Source: an uncultured Candidatus Saccharibacteria bacterium (GTDB taxonomy: Bacteria > Patescibacteriota > SICC01 > CAYSOT01). From it: DNA of 64,000 nucleotides. The notes beneath the pieces were generated by a model. That model did not search any database. It was not told the origin of the DNA and saw nothing but the letters and a program-made list of their open reading frames with translations. Shown here piece after piece: positions 9,215 through 19,484 of the stretch (position 1 is the stretch's first letter; every line of letters begins with the position of its first letter). The DNA is taken from NCBI GenBank assembly GCA_964432765.1, contig CAYSOT010000002.1, positions 38,220 to 102,219 of the forward strand, given 5' to 3'. Made by a program: the position numbers and the translations under genes.

Positions 9215-11153
9215 CAACAAAACAAGCCAGTATCGCAAGCAGTGAGATTACATTTGGGATTGCCAAATACCACGGTGGTCGGTAGGAAATCTCTAGCTTC
9301 GAAACCTCCCCTGGTGCACTTAGCTGTAGAGTCGCGAGACTCGATTCTCGAGTTGCCAAACTGCGGCCGTCAGCCTTAGCACGTAACCACGGATGGTATG
9401 AAATTGCCAAGGACTGGTCACTTGTCATGATTGTTCCCTTTGGAAATTCGATGACATATTTATTTGGCGTGTATGCGGCACTAAGCGGTACATATCCCGC
9501 CGAGAAACCAAATGGCTGTACACTCTCTCCGAGATCGAAGATGGCAAACTGCTTTCCGGAAAATACCGGGGAGAGGTCCGGCATGTACGCGAGTTCATTA
9601 GCGGTACGTGGATTCGTCGTAACTATGTAGCGCACGCCTCGCTGGCGGAGTTGGGGTAGCTGTTCGCGCAGATACAGTGTCTGCGTAAGCGCTGACGCTG
9701 TTGTCACAGGCCCTTCTGCCGCCTTAGTCCCCTCGGGAAAATTTCCATCAAGATCCCAAATATTTTCATTTAGTAACGGTAAGCGCTGGTTTGCAAAATG
9801 AGGACTACCAAGCGGTATCCGACTATCCCAGTTGAATTCACTCAAAATAAACTCGCCGGGTCGCATATTTTCTTGCAAAAAGTTATTAACCTCGCGGATC
9901 TCACCTGTCAGGGAGTTGTCGGGCACAACACGAACAAATCCCCGCTTTTCATCGAGCGTTGGAAATACCACCAAGAACAGCAGAGAGACTACGGCAGCGG
10001 TGTAGACCGGAGCAACAACGCCAAAACTTGCATAGCGACGGGCGATCACCCAGATTTCGTAGATCCCGTAGGCCGCCAAGATCATCATTAGCCAAGCGAA
10101 GAAGGCATGGAAACGAATAAATTGCGAAGATGCAACTACCGATGAAAACGGGAGTGCGGCATTGATGATATTTAAGGAAAGCAGCAGGGAGAACAGCAGC
10201 GTTCCGGCGAAGAACCCAAAAAGACGCCACTTGCGATGCAATGCCATCGATCCTAGTCCGATGAGAGCGAGTAGCGAAATCGTTATTCCGCCGAAGTCTT
10301 CAGCAAGCACGAGCCCTTTCAATAGTTCGCCAAATGACTGCTGCTGAAGAGAACCGGTTGCCCCCCGGAAGCTTTCAGTCATTAATAATGGTGCCCACCA
10401 GTACGCGGAAACGGCAAGTGCTATCAAAACGATTGTCAGATATCTTTTTATGATTCGTGATGGGTTTTGATTGGCTATAGCGTGGCTTGCCAGCAGGGTA
10501 AGCGAGGCGAGCGCCCACCAGTACGCGGAAAAGGTATGGCTTAGGATGAGGCCGCCCGAAATAAGGCCCGTCATGATCAATTGCCGTCTACCACGATCCG
10601 GATCGTCTAGCTCTCGCTGCATCCGACCAAGGGCCCAGATGGCCATGATGAAACCTAGACCATTTGGCAAAAGCCCGACACCATACAATGCGCCAAGACC
10701 AAGCCCAAACGATGCGTTTAGAGCCAGCAGCAAGGTCGTACCGAGAGCAGCGAAGAAGCGAGGGAGCTTAAAACTTCTCAGAAAATAGTAGGTGACTGGT
10801 ACAAGTCCAATCCACAGCGCTGCCGTGAATATCCTCAGTGCGAGTTCCGCTGGAAATACGAGCGTCAGTGGTCCGAGCAAGTAATAAAGAAGCGGCGGGT
10901 AAAACTGAAACAGCTCAAAACCGCCGTGCCAATTCGGAAACCAGCCGTTTAACAGCCCGCTTGGCAACAATGTGTGGGCAAAAAAGTATGCTTTCAGTAG
11001 GTGCCCGCCTGCATCCCAGCCAGCAAGAAAGCCACTATTTGAAAGGGACGGCCAAATCGCCGCCAGCATTACACCGATCGTTCCACCAAGAATGGCATAT
11101 GCCGAAACCTGTTCCTGGAATCGACGATTTCTTAACTGGCTCATTAAACGCAT
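9135..11153 (-). CDS. Large polytopic membrane protein. The many-TM N-terminal half, extracytoplasmic domain and C-terminal anchor TM resemble a GT-C/YfhO-like architecture.
   Basis: Roughly 670 aa with many hydrophobic helices at the N-terminus (GWDAGGHLLKAYFF..., GWFPNWHGGFELFQFYPP). A soluble domain follows, then a final TM and a basic tail. The ORF track start (11201) overlaps the valS start. The internal Met at MRLMSQLRNRRF (11153) is more plausible. The 3' end overlaps the tsaD 3' end convergently by 80 nt. Confidence 0.55.
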   Translation of the reverse strand: MRLMSQLRNRRFQEQVSAYAILGGTIGVMLAAIWPSLSNSGFLAGWDAGGHLLKAYFFAHTLLPSGLLNGWFPNWHGGFELFQFYPPLLYYLLGPLTLVFPAELALRIFTAALWIGLVPVTYYFLRSFKLPRFFAALGTTLLLALNASFGLGLGALYGVGLLPNGLGFIMAIWALGRMQRELDDPDRGRRQLIMTGLISGGLILSHTFSAYWWALASLTLLASHAIANQNPSRIIKRYLTIVLIALAVSAYWWAPLLMTESFRGATGSLQQQSFGELLKGLVLAEDFGGITISLLALIGLGSMALHRKWRLFGFFAGTLLFSLLLSLNIINAALPFSSVVASSQFIRFHAFFAWLMMILAAYGIYEIWVIARRYASFGVVAPVYTAAVVSLLFLVVFPTLDEKRGFVRVVPDNSLTGEIREVNNFLQENMRPGEFILSEFNWDSRIPLGSPHFANQRLPLLNENIWDLDGNFPEGTKAAEGPVTTASALTQTLYLREQLPQLRQRGVRYIVTTNPRTANELAYMPDLSPVFSGKQFAIFDLGESVQPFGFSAGYVPLSAAYTPNKYVIEFPKGTIMTSDQSLAISYHPWLRAKADGRSLATRESSLATLQLSAPGEVSKLEISYRPPWYLAIPNVISLLAILACFVVILLPRRHRSNVKDRLRSQKARRKPR

Positions 11154-11194
11154 GCTCCCAGCATACCAAGCGGTAACTCCCAAGCCGCGATACA

Positions 11195-13816
11195 ATGACA
11201 AACGTGAAAGAGCTACCTAAAGCATATGATCCAATAGCGACTGAAGAAGCCGTCTATAGGCGCTGGGAAGATGCAAACTCTTTCAAGCCACTGACCGACC
11301 GGGATCCTAGTCTGGCGGCGAGCACACAGCCATACACCATCATCATGCCGCCGCCGAACGCTACCGGCAGACTTCACACTGGTCACGCAATTATGGTTGC
11401 AATCGAAGACGCACTGATTCGTTATCACCGCATGCGAGGTGACGATACGCTTTATCTGCCTGGCACTGACCACGCCGCGATTGCGACGAGCAGTGTGGTT
11501 GACCGTCAACTTGCCCAGGAAGGCATAGACAAACATGACCTCGGCAAAGAAGAGTTTGCGAAGCGCGCGAAGGCATTTGCGCTCGATAATAAGGCGTATA
11601 TAGAAGATCAACTTCGGGCGCTCGGTGCTTCGGCTGATTGGAGTCGTAATGCGTTCACGATGGACGAGAAGCGGGAAGAAGCCGTCAGAACTGCATTTCA
11701 TCGGCTCTATGAAAAGGGTCTAATCTACCGTGGCTCGTACATGGTTAATTGGTGTCCAACATGTCGAACGGTACTCGCTGACGACGAGGTTGAGCATACC
11801 GAACAAGAAGGTGTCCTTTATTACATGAAGTATGGTCCGTTCGAACTTGCGACAACGAGACCCGAAACGAAAGTTGGCGATACGGCGGTCGCAGTACATC
11901 CAGACGATACGCGTTATACGAAATATGTTGGCAAAGAAATCACAGTTAAAACGATTAACGGTGATCGTGAGTTGCGCGTGGTAGCAGACGAAATGGTCGA
12001 TCCTGAATTCGGAACGGGCGTCGTCAAGATCACTCCCTTCCATGATCAAAATGACTATGAGGTTTCAAAAAGGCATCACCTTGAAGCTATCGAGGTAATT
12101 GGAGAAGACGGCAAAATGACCGAGGCTGCAGGGCCCGACCTTGCCGGCCTGGATCGATTCGAAGCGCGCAGCAAGATGGTTGCCTGGCTCAAAGAAAACG
12201 ATCTTCTAATTCGGGAGGAGCTTCACCACAATTCGGTCGGACGCTGCTACCGCAGTGATGATGTCATCGAACCGCGAATTTCAAAGCAGTGGTTCTTGGC
12301 AGTTTCAAAATTGAAAAAGCCGGCACTTGAATTTGTTGATTCCGGGCAGCTTTCATTTGTGCCAAAACGTTTTGAAAAAACATACCGCGCCTGGATTGAG
12401 AATTTGTACGACTGGTGCATTTCACGCCAAGTATGGTTTGGGCATCCACTACCGGTGTACCTAAAGGGCGATGAGGTTTCACTCGAGCCAAAGGATGGAT
12501 TTACCGCATCAACAGATACTCTCGATACCTGGTTTTCATCTGCCCTGTGGCCATTCTCCACTATGGGCTGGCCAGACACCGACGCCCCTGATTTCAAACG
12601 ATTCTTCCCGGGTGATGTGCTCGAAACTGGCTACGACATCATTCCATTTTGGGTTTCTCGAATGATCTTGATGACGATCGCGCTTGATGTACGCAGCGCC
12701 AAAGAAGGTTCACTGCAACCGCCTTTCCATACCACCTACCTCCACGGACTCGTGCGAGATAAGCGGGGGCGCAAGTTTTCGAAGTCGCTTGGCAACGGGG
12801 TGGATCCGCTTGAACTGATTGGAAAATACGGGGCTGATTCACTCAGGTTCATGTTGGCAACCTCAGCATCGCCCGGGAACGACTTAAAGTTCGATGAGGA
12901 CCGTGTGGTTGCAGCACGTAACTTTGCCAATAAGCTCTGGAATATTGCTCGCTTCTGCATCGCTCAAGAGCTGCCACAAGAACCACTTACGAAGCTTCCC
13001 GAAGAAGCTCTAACAGCAATGGACAAGGGAATTCTCTCCAAGCTTGCGCACATCGTTAAACAAACCACAAAACACCTCGAGGAACATCAGCTGGGCTTGG
13101 CTGGCAACGGACTCTACGACTTTATTTGGTCGGACTTTGCTGACTGGTACGTCGAAGCCGCCAAAGTGCAGCTTCGAAATGAAGACACGGCACACTCCAC
13201 GAAAATTATCCTTAGAAACGTGCTTGAGACTGTTCTAAAACTACTTCACCCCTTTATGCCCTTTGTAAGTGAAACCATTTGGTCTGAAGGGCTTGGGCAA
13301 AAAGAAATGCTTATCCTCACCAAGTGGCCAGAAGAAACAAAAGAGTATGATGCCGCTAACTACGAGCTCGTTAAGGGCGTCATCGAGACTATTCGCAGTC
13401 TGCGAGCAGAAAAGCGCGTCGAGGCAGCCGCCTGGATTCAAGCTCACCTTGTGACAGAGAATCCGGAAGTTTTGTTAGATTCTGCCGATGTAATTAATGC
13501 GCTCGGTCGTATTAAAATACTCAAGGTGTCGATGGATCTTCCAGATACCAGCGAGGCGGTAACCGCGGTCCACGGACCAGTTACGGTTATTCTGCCTATG
13601 GCTGGTCTGCTTGATACTTCCAAAGAGGCTGACCGTTTACAGAAAGAGCTTGAGCGCGCCACAATGGAAGTTGAGCGACTACAAGGTCGACTCGACAACA
13701 AGCAGTATGTCAGCAAAGCTCCAGCCAGCGTCGTCGCCGAAACGAAGGAAAAGCTTGCCTCCGCCAAGGAGGAAAGGCAAACAATCGAAGAGCAGCTCGC
13801 GCGCCTTACACGCTAA
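11195..13816 (+). CDS. valS: Valyl-tRNA synthetase.
   Basis: 873 aa with the HIGH-class motif PNATGRLHTGHA, KMSKS-class KFSKSLGNG, and a C-terminal coiled coil typical of ValS. Confidence 0.95.
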   Translation: MTNVKELPKAYDPIATEEAVYRRWEDANSFKPLTDRDPSLAASTQPYTIIMPPPNATGRLHTGHAIMVAIEDALIRYHRMRGDDTLYLPGTDHAAIATSSVVDRQLAQEGIDKHDLGKEEFAKRAKAFALDNKAYIEDQLRALGASADWSRNAFTMDEKREEAVRTAFHRLYEKGLIYRGSYMVNWCPTCRTVLADDEVEHTEQEGVLYYMKYGPFELATTRPETKVGDTAVAVHPDDTRYTKYVGKEITVKTINGDRELRVVADEMVDPEFGTGVVKITPFHDQNDYEVSKRHHLEAIEVIGEDGKMTEAAGPDLAGLDRFEARSKMVAWLKENDLLIREELHHNSVGRCYRSDDVIEPRISKQWFLAVSKLKKPALEFVDSGQLSFVPKRFEKTYRAWIENLYDWCISRQVWFGHPLPVYLKGDEVSLEPKDGFTASTDTLDTWFSSALWPFSTMGWPDTDAPDFKRFFPGDVLETGYDIIPFWVSRMILMTIALDVRSAKEGSLQPPFHTTYLHGLVRDKRGRKFSKSLGNGVDPLELIGKYGADSLRFMLATSASPGNDLKFDEDRVVAARNFANKLWNIARFCIAQELPQEPLTKLPEEALTAMDKGILSKLAHIVKQTTKHLEEHQLGLAGNGLYDFIWSDFADWYVEAAKVQLRNEDTAHSTKIILRNVLETVLKLLHPFMPFVSETIWSEGLGQKEMLILTKWPEETKEYDAANYELVKGVIETIRSLRAEKRVEAAAWIQAHLVTENPEVLLDSADVINALGRIKILKVSMDLPDTSEAVTAVHGPVTVILPMAGLLDTSKEADRLQKELERATMEVERLQGRLDNKQYVSKAPASVVAETKEKLASAKEERQTIEEQLARLTR

Positions 13817-14810
13817 GCGCAGAGGATTAGTTTGGTTAGTGATCGCAGTAGGTCTGCTAATTCTATGTGTCGGCGCGTGGTTTGCCAGTGAGCCGATTCG
13901 TGAAAGCAAAGCATCGCAGTTTGATCGTGATGTCGCTTCCGCACTTTCTCAAAAAAACTATGCGCTTGCTGCTTCGCGCGCACATTATGCCTCAGTGCTT
14001 AGATCGTCGTCGGAGCGGAAACTTACCGAGGCCGCAACGTCGTTCCTTAATGAAGACTACAAAACATCGAGCAAACAGTTCTCGAATATACCTGGCAACG
14101 TCGGGGCAATCGGGCAGCTAGCCGCAGAGACGCGTGGCAAAATGCGGATAAGCAGCCTAGATGCAAATTCCTTAACTGGTGAGGAGCGTGTTGTTGCCAG
14201 CGCGCTCGCGCTCGATCGTGGTGATGTAGAGGAGCTGCGAACAATGCTCACAGGGCTAGCTATCGAGAATGATACAATCGCCGTTCTTGCAGCCTCCGCA
14301 ACTATGGTAGACGATCCAAGCAGGGCAGCTGCAGTGCTGGCTGCGTCACCTGGTGGTATCACGAGAATCAGCTCAAATATGCCTGCTTTCGCGACCATGC
14401 TTAATTCGATACTTGAGCAGTCGGGAGAGTCAATGAAAGCTTATTCTGCCAGATCGGCCGATGCGCAGCGTTCAAATTCAGAACCTTCTCGCTATCTATT
14501 CTTGACTGATGCGCTCTATCGGTCGGGTAAGTACTACAGTGCGGTGGCAATGAGCGAAAAAACCATGAGCCTGGCTCCAAACTCTAGAGATGCATACGTC
14601 GCGCAGGCACTAGGGCTTGCAGCACTCGGCAATCAGAAAGCAGCGAAGCGCTCAATTGAGACTGCACTAGAGATAGACCCTTCGTACGGCTATGCCTGGT
14701 TTATCAAAGGCAGAATCTTAGAGGCGCTTGGAGACACAAAAGGCTCAGCTACATCACAGCAGAACTCTGAGCGCTTTCTCTATACCCCCGCCCCGGAGCC
14801 GACTATATAA
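13806..14810 (+). CDS. Membrane-anchored TPR-like repeat protein.
   Basis: The ORF-track ORF (13611..14810) begins inside valS in another frame. That upstream part is probably not translated. A plausible start is the TTG at 13806 (or TTG 13827/13836 or GTG 13839) just before the signal-anchor KRRGLVWLVIAVGLLILCVGAWF. The C-terminal part has TPR-like helices (DPSYGYAWFIKGRILEALGD). Confidence 0.5.
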   Translation, partial: LHAKRRGLVWLVIAVGLLILCVGAWFASEPIRESKASQFDRDVASALSQKNYALAASRAHYASVLRSSSERKLTEAATSFLNEDYKTSSKQFSNIPGNVGAIGQLAAETRGKMRISSLDANSLTGEERVVASALALDRGDVEELRTMLTGLAIENDTIAVLAASATMVDDPSRAAAVLAASPGGITRISSNMPAFATMLNSILEQSGESMKAYSARSADAQRSNSEPSRYLFLTDALYRSGKYYSAVAMSEKTMSLAPNSRDAYVAQALGLAALGNQKAAKRSIETALEIDPSYGYAWFIKGRILEALGDTKGSATSQQNSERFLYTPAPEPTI

Positions 14811-16278
14811 ATGCGAACAAGGTACTACGCAGCCCCGGATCGCTCCCGGGTGAATATGCATTAAATACCGACTTAAAAGTTGGTCCCGAAACAGTTTTCG
14901 TACCATCTGATCCGATGATTTGCAGTGACGTCACCCTACCCCCAACACCGCGGCCAACAATCTTGATGGTTTGCAGTTGCCCAACGTTCGTTCGGCTGTC
15001 CCGGCTGATGATTGCCTGCATTTGCTCACGACTATAGACAGCCGTACGCCACTCCCAGTGCGGCGAATCAGTCTCCCAAGGCGAAGATGCCCCACGCAAC
15101 CATGGCAGTGGCGTACCACCCCATACATTCTCATTGTTTTCCGTATAACCACCGGACGTTGAATGGAAATAGGCTGGTATGACCTGACCGGCATAGGCCA
15201 GTACCTGCCCGCGTGTTTCTGCAACCGCCCTTCTAGCATTGGCTGTCTGCAGCGACGGCCCAACCCAAGCCTGGGTGCGCGGTGAGTTATCTAGACGACT
15301 GCGGTTGATGTATGCATAGGAACGCGCTGCAACCGCCTGGGCCTTTAATGCTTCCATTGGCCAGTTCGAATTCATTTCCGCTTCAACAACGCCGACAAGA
15401 TATGTCTCCAGGTCTCCCCCGACGTTGACTTGAGGGTTATCACCAATAGTGATTATCGATGTGGCTAGATAATAGTGGCTGAGAATATCCCGATAGTTCT
15501 TGCCTTGCTGAGCCATCCCTTTGGCTCCGTACTGGCTCATCCCTAAACCGTGCTCTGTTCCACCGCCGATAAATGCAAAGCGACCACCGATTGGTTCATT
15601 ATTATTGATCCAGACTCGATTATTTCTGTTGTAATTGCCCGTTAGTCCAGCGAGCGCTGCCTCTAGTGCATTTGCGGCATCCTGATTCGCAGCATTCTCG
15701 GCGAGTTGACGTTGTAAGTCAGAGATTCGTCGTTGCAGGTCGGCAATCTGCGTTTCGATTCCGTTTTGGACTGTCACGACATCACGGCGCTCTTTATCTA
15801 GCTTCTGCAAATTCGCATCGACGTCTTCGAGAATTGAAACTCTTTTCGAAACCATAAACTGCGCGTATTGCCCTCGGCTAAGAAACTCTGTCAGGCTACC
15901 GCTTCCGACTAGTGCTCCGATCAGCGAGTCATTATCGCCTGCGATATACGAAGCAGTCATAAACTGATCCCGCTGTTTCTTCAGAGCGTTCATGCGCTTA
16001 GTTATGTCGTCGACCTTTGCTTTGCTTGCTGCAACCAAACTTTGCTGCTTAGCAAGTTGTGCTTGGAACGCTTGAATGCCTTCACTGGAAGCGCCTAGCT
16101 GCTGCTGTAAATCCCCCGCTTGTGAGGCAAAAATAGTTTGCTGGGTACGAATATCATCAAGCTGCTTAAGCAATGCGTCATCCGACTCAGTCCTCCCGCT
16201 GGATGGAAAAAGGGAGCATGCCAATACTACGCTTAGAAACGCTGAAATTGTCCTTCTAGATGCTCTGCTAAATATCAC
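14803..16278 (-). CDS. Exported protein with an N-terminal coiled-coil domain and a C-terminal SpoIID/LytB domain.
   Basis: Signal peptide, then about 200 aa of heptad-rich coiled coil, then EHGLGMSQYGAKGMAQ. The last matches the SpoIID/LytB GHGVGMSQ(Y/W)GA signature. Confidence 0.75.
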   Translation of the reverse strand: MIFSRASRRTISAFLSVVLACSLFPSSGRTESDDALLKQLDDIRTQQTIFASQAGDLQQQLGASSEGIQAFQAQLAKQQSLVAASKAKVDDITKRMNALKKQRDQFMTASYIAGDNDSLIGALVGSGSLTEFLSRGQYAQFMVSKRVSILEDVDANLQKLDKERRDVVTVQNGIETQIADLQRRISDLQRQLAENAANQDAANALEAALAGLTGNYNRNNRVWINNNEPIGGRFAFIGGGTEHGLGMSQYGAKGMAQQGKNYRDILSHYYLATSIITIGDNPQVNVGGDLETYLVGVVEAEMNSNWPMEALKAQAVAARSYAYINRSRLDNSPRTQAWVGPSLQTANARRAVAETRGQVLAYAGQVIPAYFHSTSGGYTENNENVWGGTPLPWLRGASSPWETDSPHWEWRTAVYSREQMQAIISRDSRTNVGQLQTIKIVGRGVGGRVTSLQIIGSDGTKTVSGPTFKSVFNAYSPGSDPGLRSTLFAFI

Positions 16279-18244
16279 GCGCGACTCGCCAGACTTCTTC
16301 GATGGTCGTTACACCGGTCAAGGCCTTAATTAATCCATCGGCCTCCATCGTCATCATACCGTCCTTCTTGGCAGCTTCAGTGATATCCGAAACTGGGGCA
16401 TGCGCTATCGCCAAGCGTTCAATTTCGTCGCTCGGCACAAGTACTTCATAAATTCCGATCCGTCCGCGGTAGCCCGTGTTGTTGCACTTGGCGCAACCTG
16501 AGCCAAGCAAATATAGCCATTCTTTCTCTGGGGGTAGCGAATCAAGCGCCTTTGGCTCTTCCTTGAGCCGTGCCCGGACTTCGGAAATTACCTCTGGTTC
16601 TGGCTTCACTTCAGATGCACACTCACTACAAACCTTGCGCACGAGTCGCTGCGCAATAACGACGTTCACGGCGTTTGATAGCAAGAATGGTCGCACTCCA
16701 AGATCAATCAGGCGGGGAATCGCCGTCGGGGCATCGTTGGTGTGAAGCGTCGAAAGAACGATATGCCCAGTCAGTGATGCTTGGGTTGCCATCTCGGCGG
16801 TCAGTTGGTCGCGTATCTCACCAACCATCACAATATCTGGGTCGAGTCGCAAAACAGACCTGAAGCCTTCGCCGAAGTCATAGCCTTCATCCGGTTTTAT
16901 TTGTGACTGCATAATTCCTTCCATACGATATTCGACCGGGTCTTCAAGTGTGATTATTTTCTTGCCTGGGTCATTAAGCATGGCGAGCAAGGCGTACAAC
17001 GTTGTCGTCTTACCAGAACCGGTTGGCCCGGACTCGAGCACTAACCCTTGTGGTCGTTTGATCGCTTCGAGCACCTTAGTAAGAGGTTCGCCGGTGAGTC
17101 CGAGAGAATCTATCGATATACTCAAGTTTCCCCGGTCGAGAAGCCTCATTGTAATCGCCTCACCATACTGAACCGGTACCGTGGCCACGCGGATATCAAG
17201 TTCATGTGGCTTATTGTCATACGTATCATTAATCGTAAAACGACCGTCTTGTGGAAGCTTGGCGACATCCAGCTTCAGCTTCGCCAAAAACTTCAGTCGC
17301 GACATAATCGAATTCGTTACATTTGGTGGGAGTTTCACCACATCCTGCAGGACGCCATCGAGTCGATAGCGTATCTTCACTCCATCCTGCACAGGTTCGA
17401 TATGGACATCCGATGCGCCAACAGACACGGCTCCCGTCAGCAAGAGATCAATGAGCTTCGTAGTCGGCACATTCTGGATCTTGTTTTTTAAATCAACCAG
17501 ATTGCGAATTTCCTCGCTGAACTCCTTTTTCGACTCACGCGCCACCGTAACATCGGAAGCTTCTGCTCGTTCGGCAGGTATTTCATCGTAAAGCTTGATG
17601 GCATACTCGTATGAATCGTCGCCGATTACCGATACGAGAAAGTCGAATCCTGTTGCATCGCGTAGCTCTTGGACACGATTGAGTGCTTCTTTGTTGTTTG
17701 GGTTCGTAATACCAAGACGAACTTTCTTACCCGCTTTTAGATAGGAAATAACCCCATTATTCTTAGCCAAATCACGAGGCACGATCGTCAGCACTTCCGG
17801 CGATATTGGATATCCAAGAATCCGCGCAAATGGCAAGTTGGCACGTTTAGCTAGTTCGCGACGCTCCTGCTCGGCAGCCTCGATCTTGAGCCGATCAACC
17901 ACTTTTCCAACGTCGACCCTGGCAAACATGTCGACATCTATATCGTTGTCGTGCTCTGCCTCAACTTGTAGCGGAGCAGCGTCAGGGTCTATGACTGAAG
18001 GCGTTACGTCCCCCAGTTTTTTGGACTGCTCTTGTCTGCTCTGTCGCAAACTGGCTGTCACTTCTTGTGTCTGAATATCGTTAGTGACTGGCGTAGCCAT
18101 ATCTGCACCCGCCGTATCTGTCGGGTTTTGGGCAGACGCTGGAGTCGGCGCAAAGTTAGCGCCGCTTCGCATATCTTTTTGAACGAAGTCTTGGAGCTTA
18201 GCTTGCTCCATAGGTGTCATCTTGTTGAAAAAATCTCGTGCCAT
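16268..18244 (-). CDS. pilB: Type IV pilus / type II secretion assembly ATPase (PilB/GspE family).
   Basis: Walker A SGPTGSGKTTT, Asp box, and His box LSTLHTNDAP. The tetracysteine motif CSECASE...CAKCNNTGYRGR is present. Long GspE-N-type N-terminal domains. Confidence 0.9.
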   Translation of the reverse strand: MARDFFNKMTPMEQAKLQDFVQKDMRSGANFAPTPASAQNPTDTAGADMATPVTNDIQTQEVTASLRQSRQEQSKKLGDVTPSVIDPDAAPLQVEAEHDNDIDVDMFARVDVGKVVDRLKIEAAEQERRELAKRANLPFARILGYPISPEVLTIVPRDLAKNNGVISYLKAGKKVRLGITNPNNKEALNRVQELRDATGFDFLVSVIGDDSYEYAIKLYDEIPAERAEASDVTVARESKKEFSEEIRNLVDLKNKIQNVPTTKLIDLLLTGAVSVGASDVHIEPVQDGVKIRYRLDGVLQDVVKLPPNVTNSIMSRLKFLAKLKLDVAKLPQDGRFTINDTYDNKPHELDIRVATVPVQYGEAITMRLLDRGNLSISIDSLGLTGEPLTKVLEAIKRPQGLVLESGPTGSGKTTTLYALLAMLNDPGKKIITLEDPVEYRMEGIMQSQIKPDEGYDFGEGFRSVLRLDPDIVMVGEIRDQLTAEMATQASLTGHIVLSTLHTNDAPTAIPRLIDLGVRPFLLSNAVNVVIAQRLVRKVCSECASEVKPEPEVISEVRARLKEEPKALDSLPPEKEWLYLLGSGCAKCNNTGYRGRIGIYEVLVPSDEIERLAIAHAPVSDITEAAKKDGMMTMEADGLIKALTGVTTIEEVWRVARDI

Positions 18245-18342
18245 AGGCGTCGTGTCTTTGTCTGTAAATTACGAAACCATACCATTTTTTGACCCAACTG
18301 TCAAGAACTAAGGGTTCAGTATGGCACGCTGTGTAGTCTGTC

Positions 18343-19392
18343 TCAAGATGTAGCGTGGGCAAGCACAACGTCGCCAAGCTGCCTGCGAACGCCGTTGATT
18401 GCATCGCGACTGTTTGGCCGGTGTGGATGCACATGATTTGAAAGCAAAACCCATCCGACTTGTTGCTTTGGCCAAACAACCAATGAACATCCGGTAAATC
18501 CTGTTTTGCCAAAAACCCCAGATGGAATACCCGTAGCCATCCAAGAGCGCTCTAGCTCGAAACCAAACGTTACCCTATCTTCGACCTCAGGAACCTGATC
18601 TTCGCTCAGGAGTGCGATTGTGGAGGGCTTAAGTATTGCCACGTTATTAAACGAACCGTCATGCACAAGCGCTTCAACTGGACGCAACATATCACGCACA
18701 CACGAAAAGAGTCCTGCGTGGCCAGTAGTCTCACCATCGGCAGATAAAGTTCGGGCGCTTTCGTCGTGTACGATGCCATGAAGTGCCCGATCGCCCACTA
18801 TTTCGGTCGGTGCAATTTCTGCTAGTTCTGCAATTGTCGCGGCATGAAAAGACGTTCGCGACATTCCAAGGGGTTTAAATAGTTTTTTGTCTGCGAGTGT
18901 ATCCAGCGGCTCTCCTGCCAAACGCTGGATAACACGTCCGAGCAGATAGGCAGGAAAGTTCGTATAAAGATACTCACTGCCAGGAATACCGCGCAGGGGT
19001 TCGCTCAGGATGCGCTTTCGCAGCGCCTTTGCATCAGAAGCGTATTTTGAGAACGGAAAACCAATCACGGTATAGGTCAAGAGGTGACGAATTTTAATAT
19101 CTGCACCACCCGGGGCCACATATTCCGGAAGGTACTGGGGCACCGACTCATCAAGCGCAAGCTTGCCCGCCTCAATAAGCTGCAAGGCCAATAGCGCAAT
19201 CGGTACAGACTTTGTCAGGGAAGCTACATCGTAAACGGTTTCCGGCTGCACAAGGGGAGCGTTCTCCTCATACGTTATCGCTCCAGCTGTAATGAATGAG
19301 GTTTTTCCGTCACAAATGATACCAACCGCCGCGCCAGGAAACACCTTGGCACTTATTGCGTTGTTTAAAATTGATGCGATTTCGGCGTTCAC
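18343..19392 (-). CDS. Serine hydrolase, beta-lactamase/PBP4* family.
   Basis: SLTKS (SxxK) active-site motif near the N-terminus and a beta-lactamase-fold layout. Length is 349 aa. Confidence 0.7.
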   Translation of the reverse strand: MNAEIASILNNAISAKVFPGAAVGIICDGKTSFITAGAITYEENAPLVQPETVYDVASLTKSVPIALLALQLIEAGKLALDESVPQYLPEYVAPGGADIKIRHLLTYTVIGFPFSKYASDAKALRKRILSEPLRGIPGSEYLYTNFPAYLLGRVIQRLAGEPLDTLADKKLFKPLGMSRTSFHAATIAELAEIAPTEIVGDRALHGIVHDESARTLSADGETTGHAGLFSCVRDMLRPVEALVHDGSFNNVAILKPSTIALLSEDQVPEVEDRVTFGFELERSWMATGIPSGVFGKTGFTGCSLVVWPKQQVGWVLLSNHVHPHRPNSRDAINGVRRQLGDVVLAHATS

Positions 19393-19484
19393 CTGCTCAG
19401 AATACCAGTAATCCCGGAGCAGCTAGTGGCGTTATTATTGGCGGCAAGGTAGCATACACAGTTATCACGATAGATACTTAAGCT

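Noticed and set aside
13611-13805. A 5' extension of the 399-aa ORF overlapping the valS C-terminus in another frame. It encodes a basic, Pro-rich peptide.
   Set aside because: The valS C-terminal coiled coil is clearly the real coding frame here. The extension precedes an obvious signal-anchor start and is best explained as an ORF-finder artefact.
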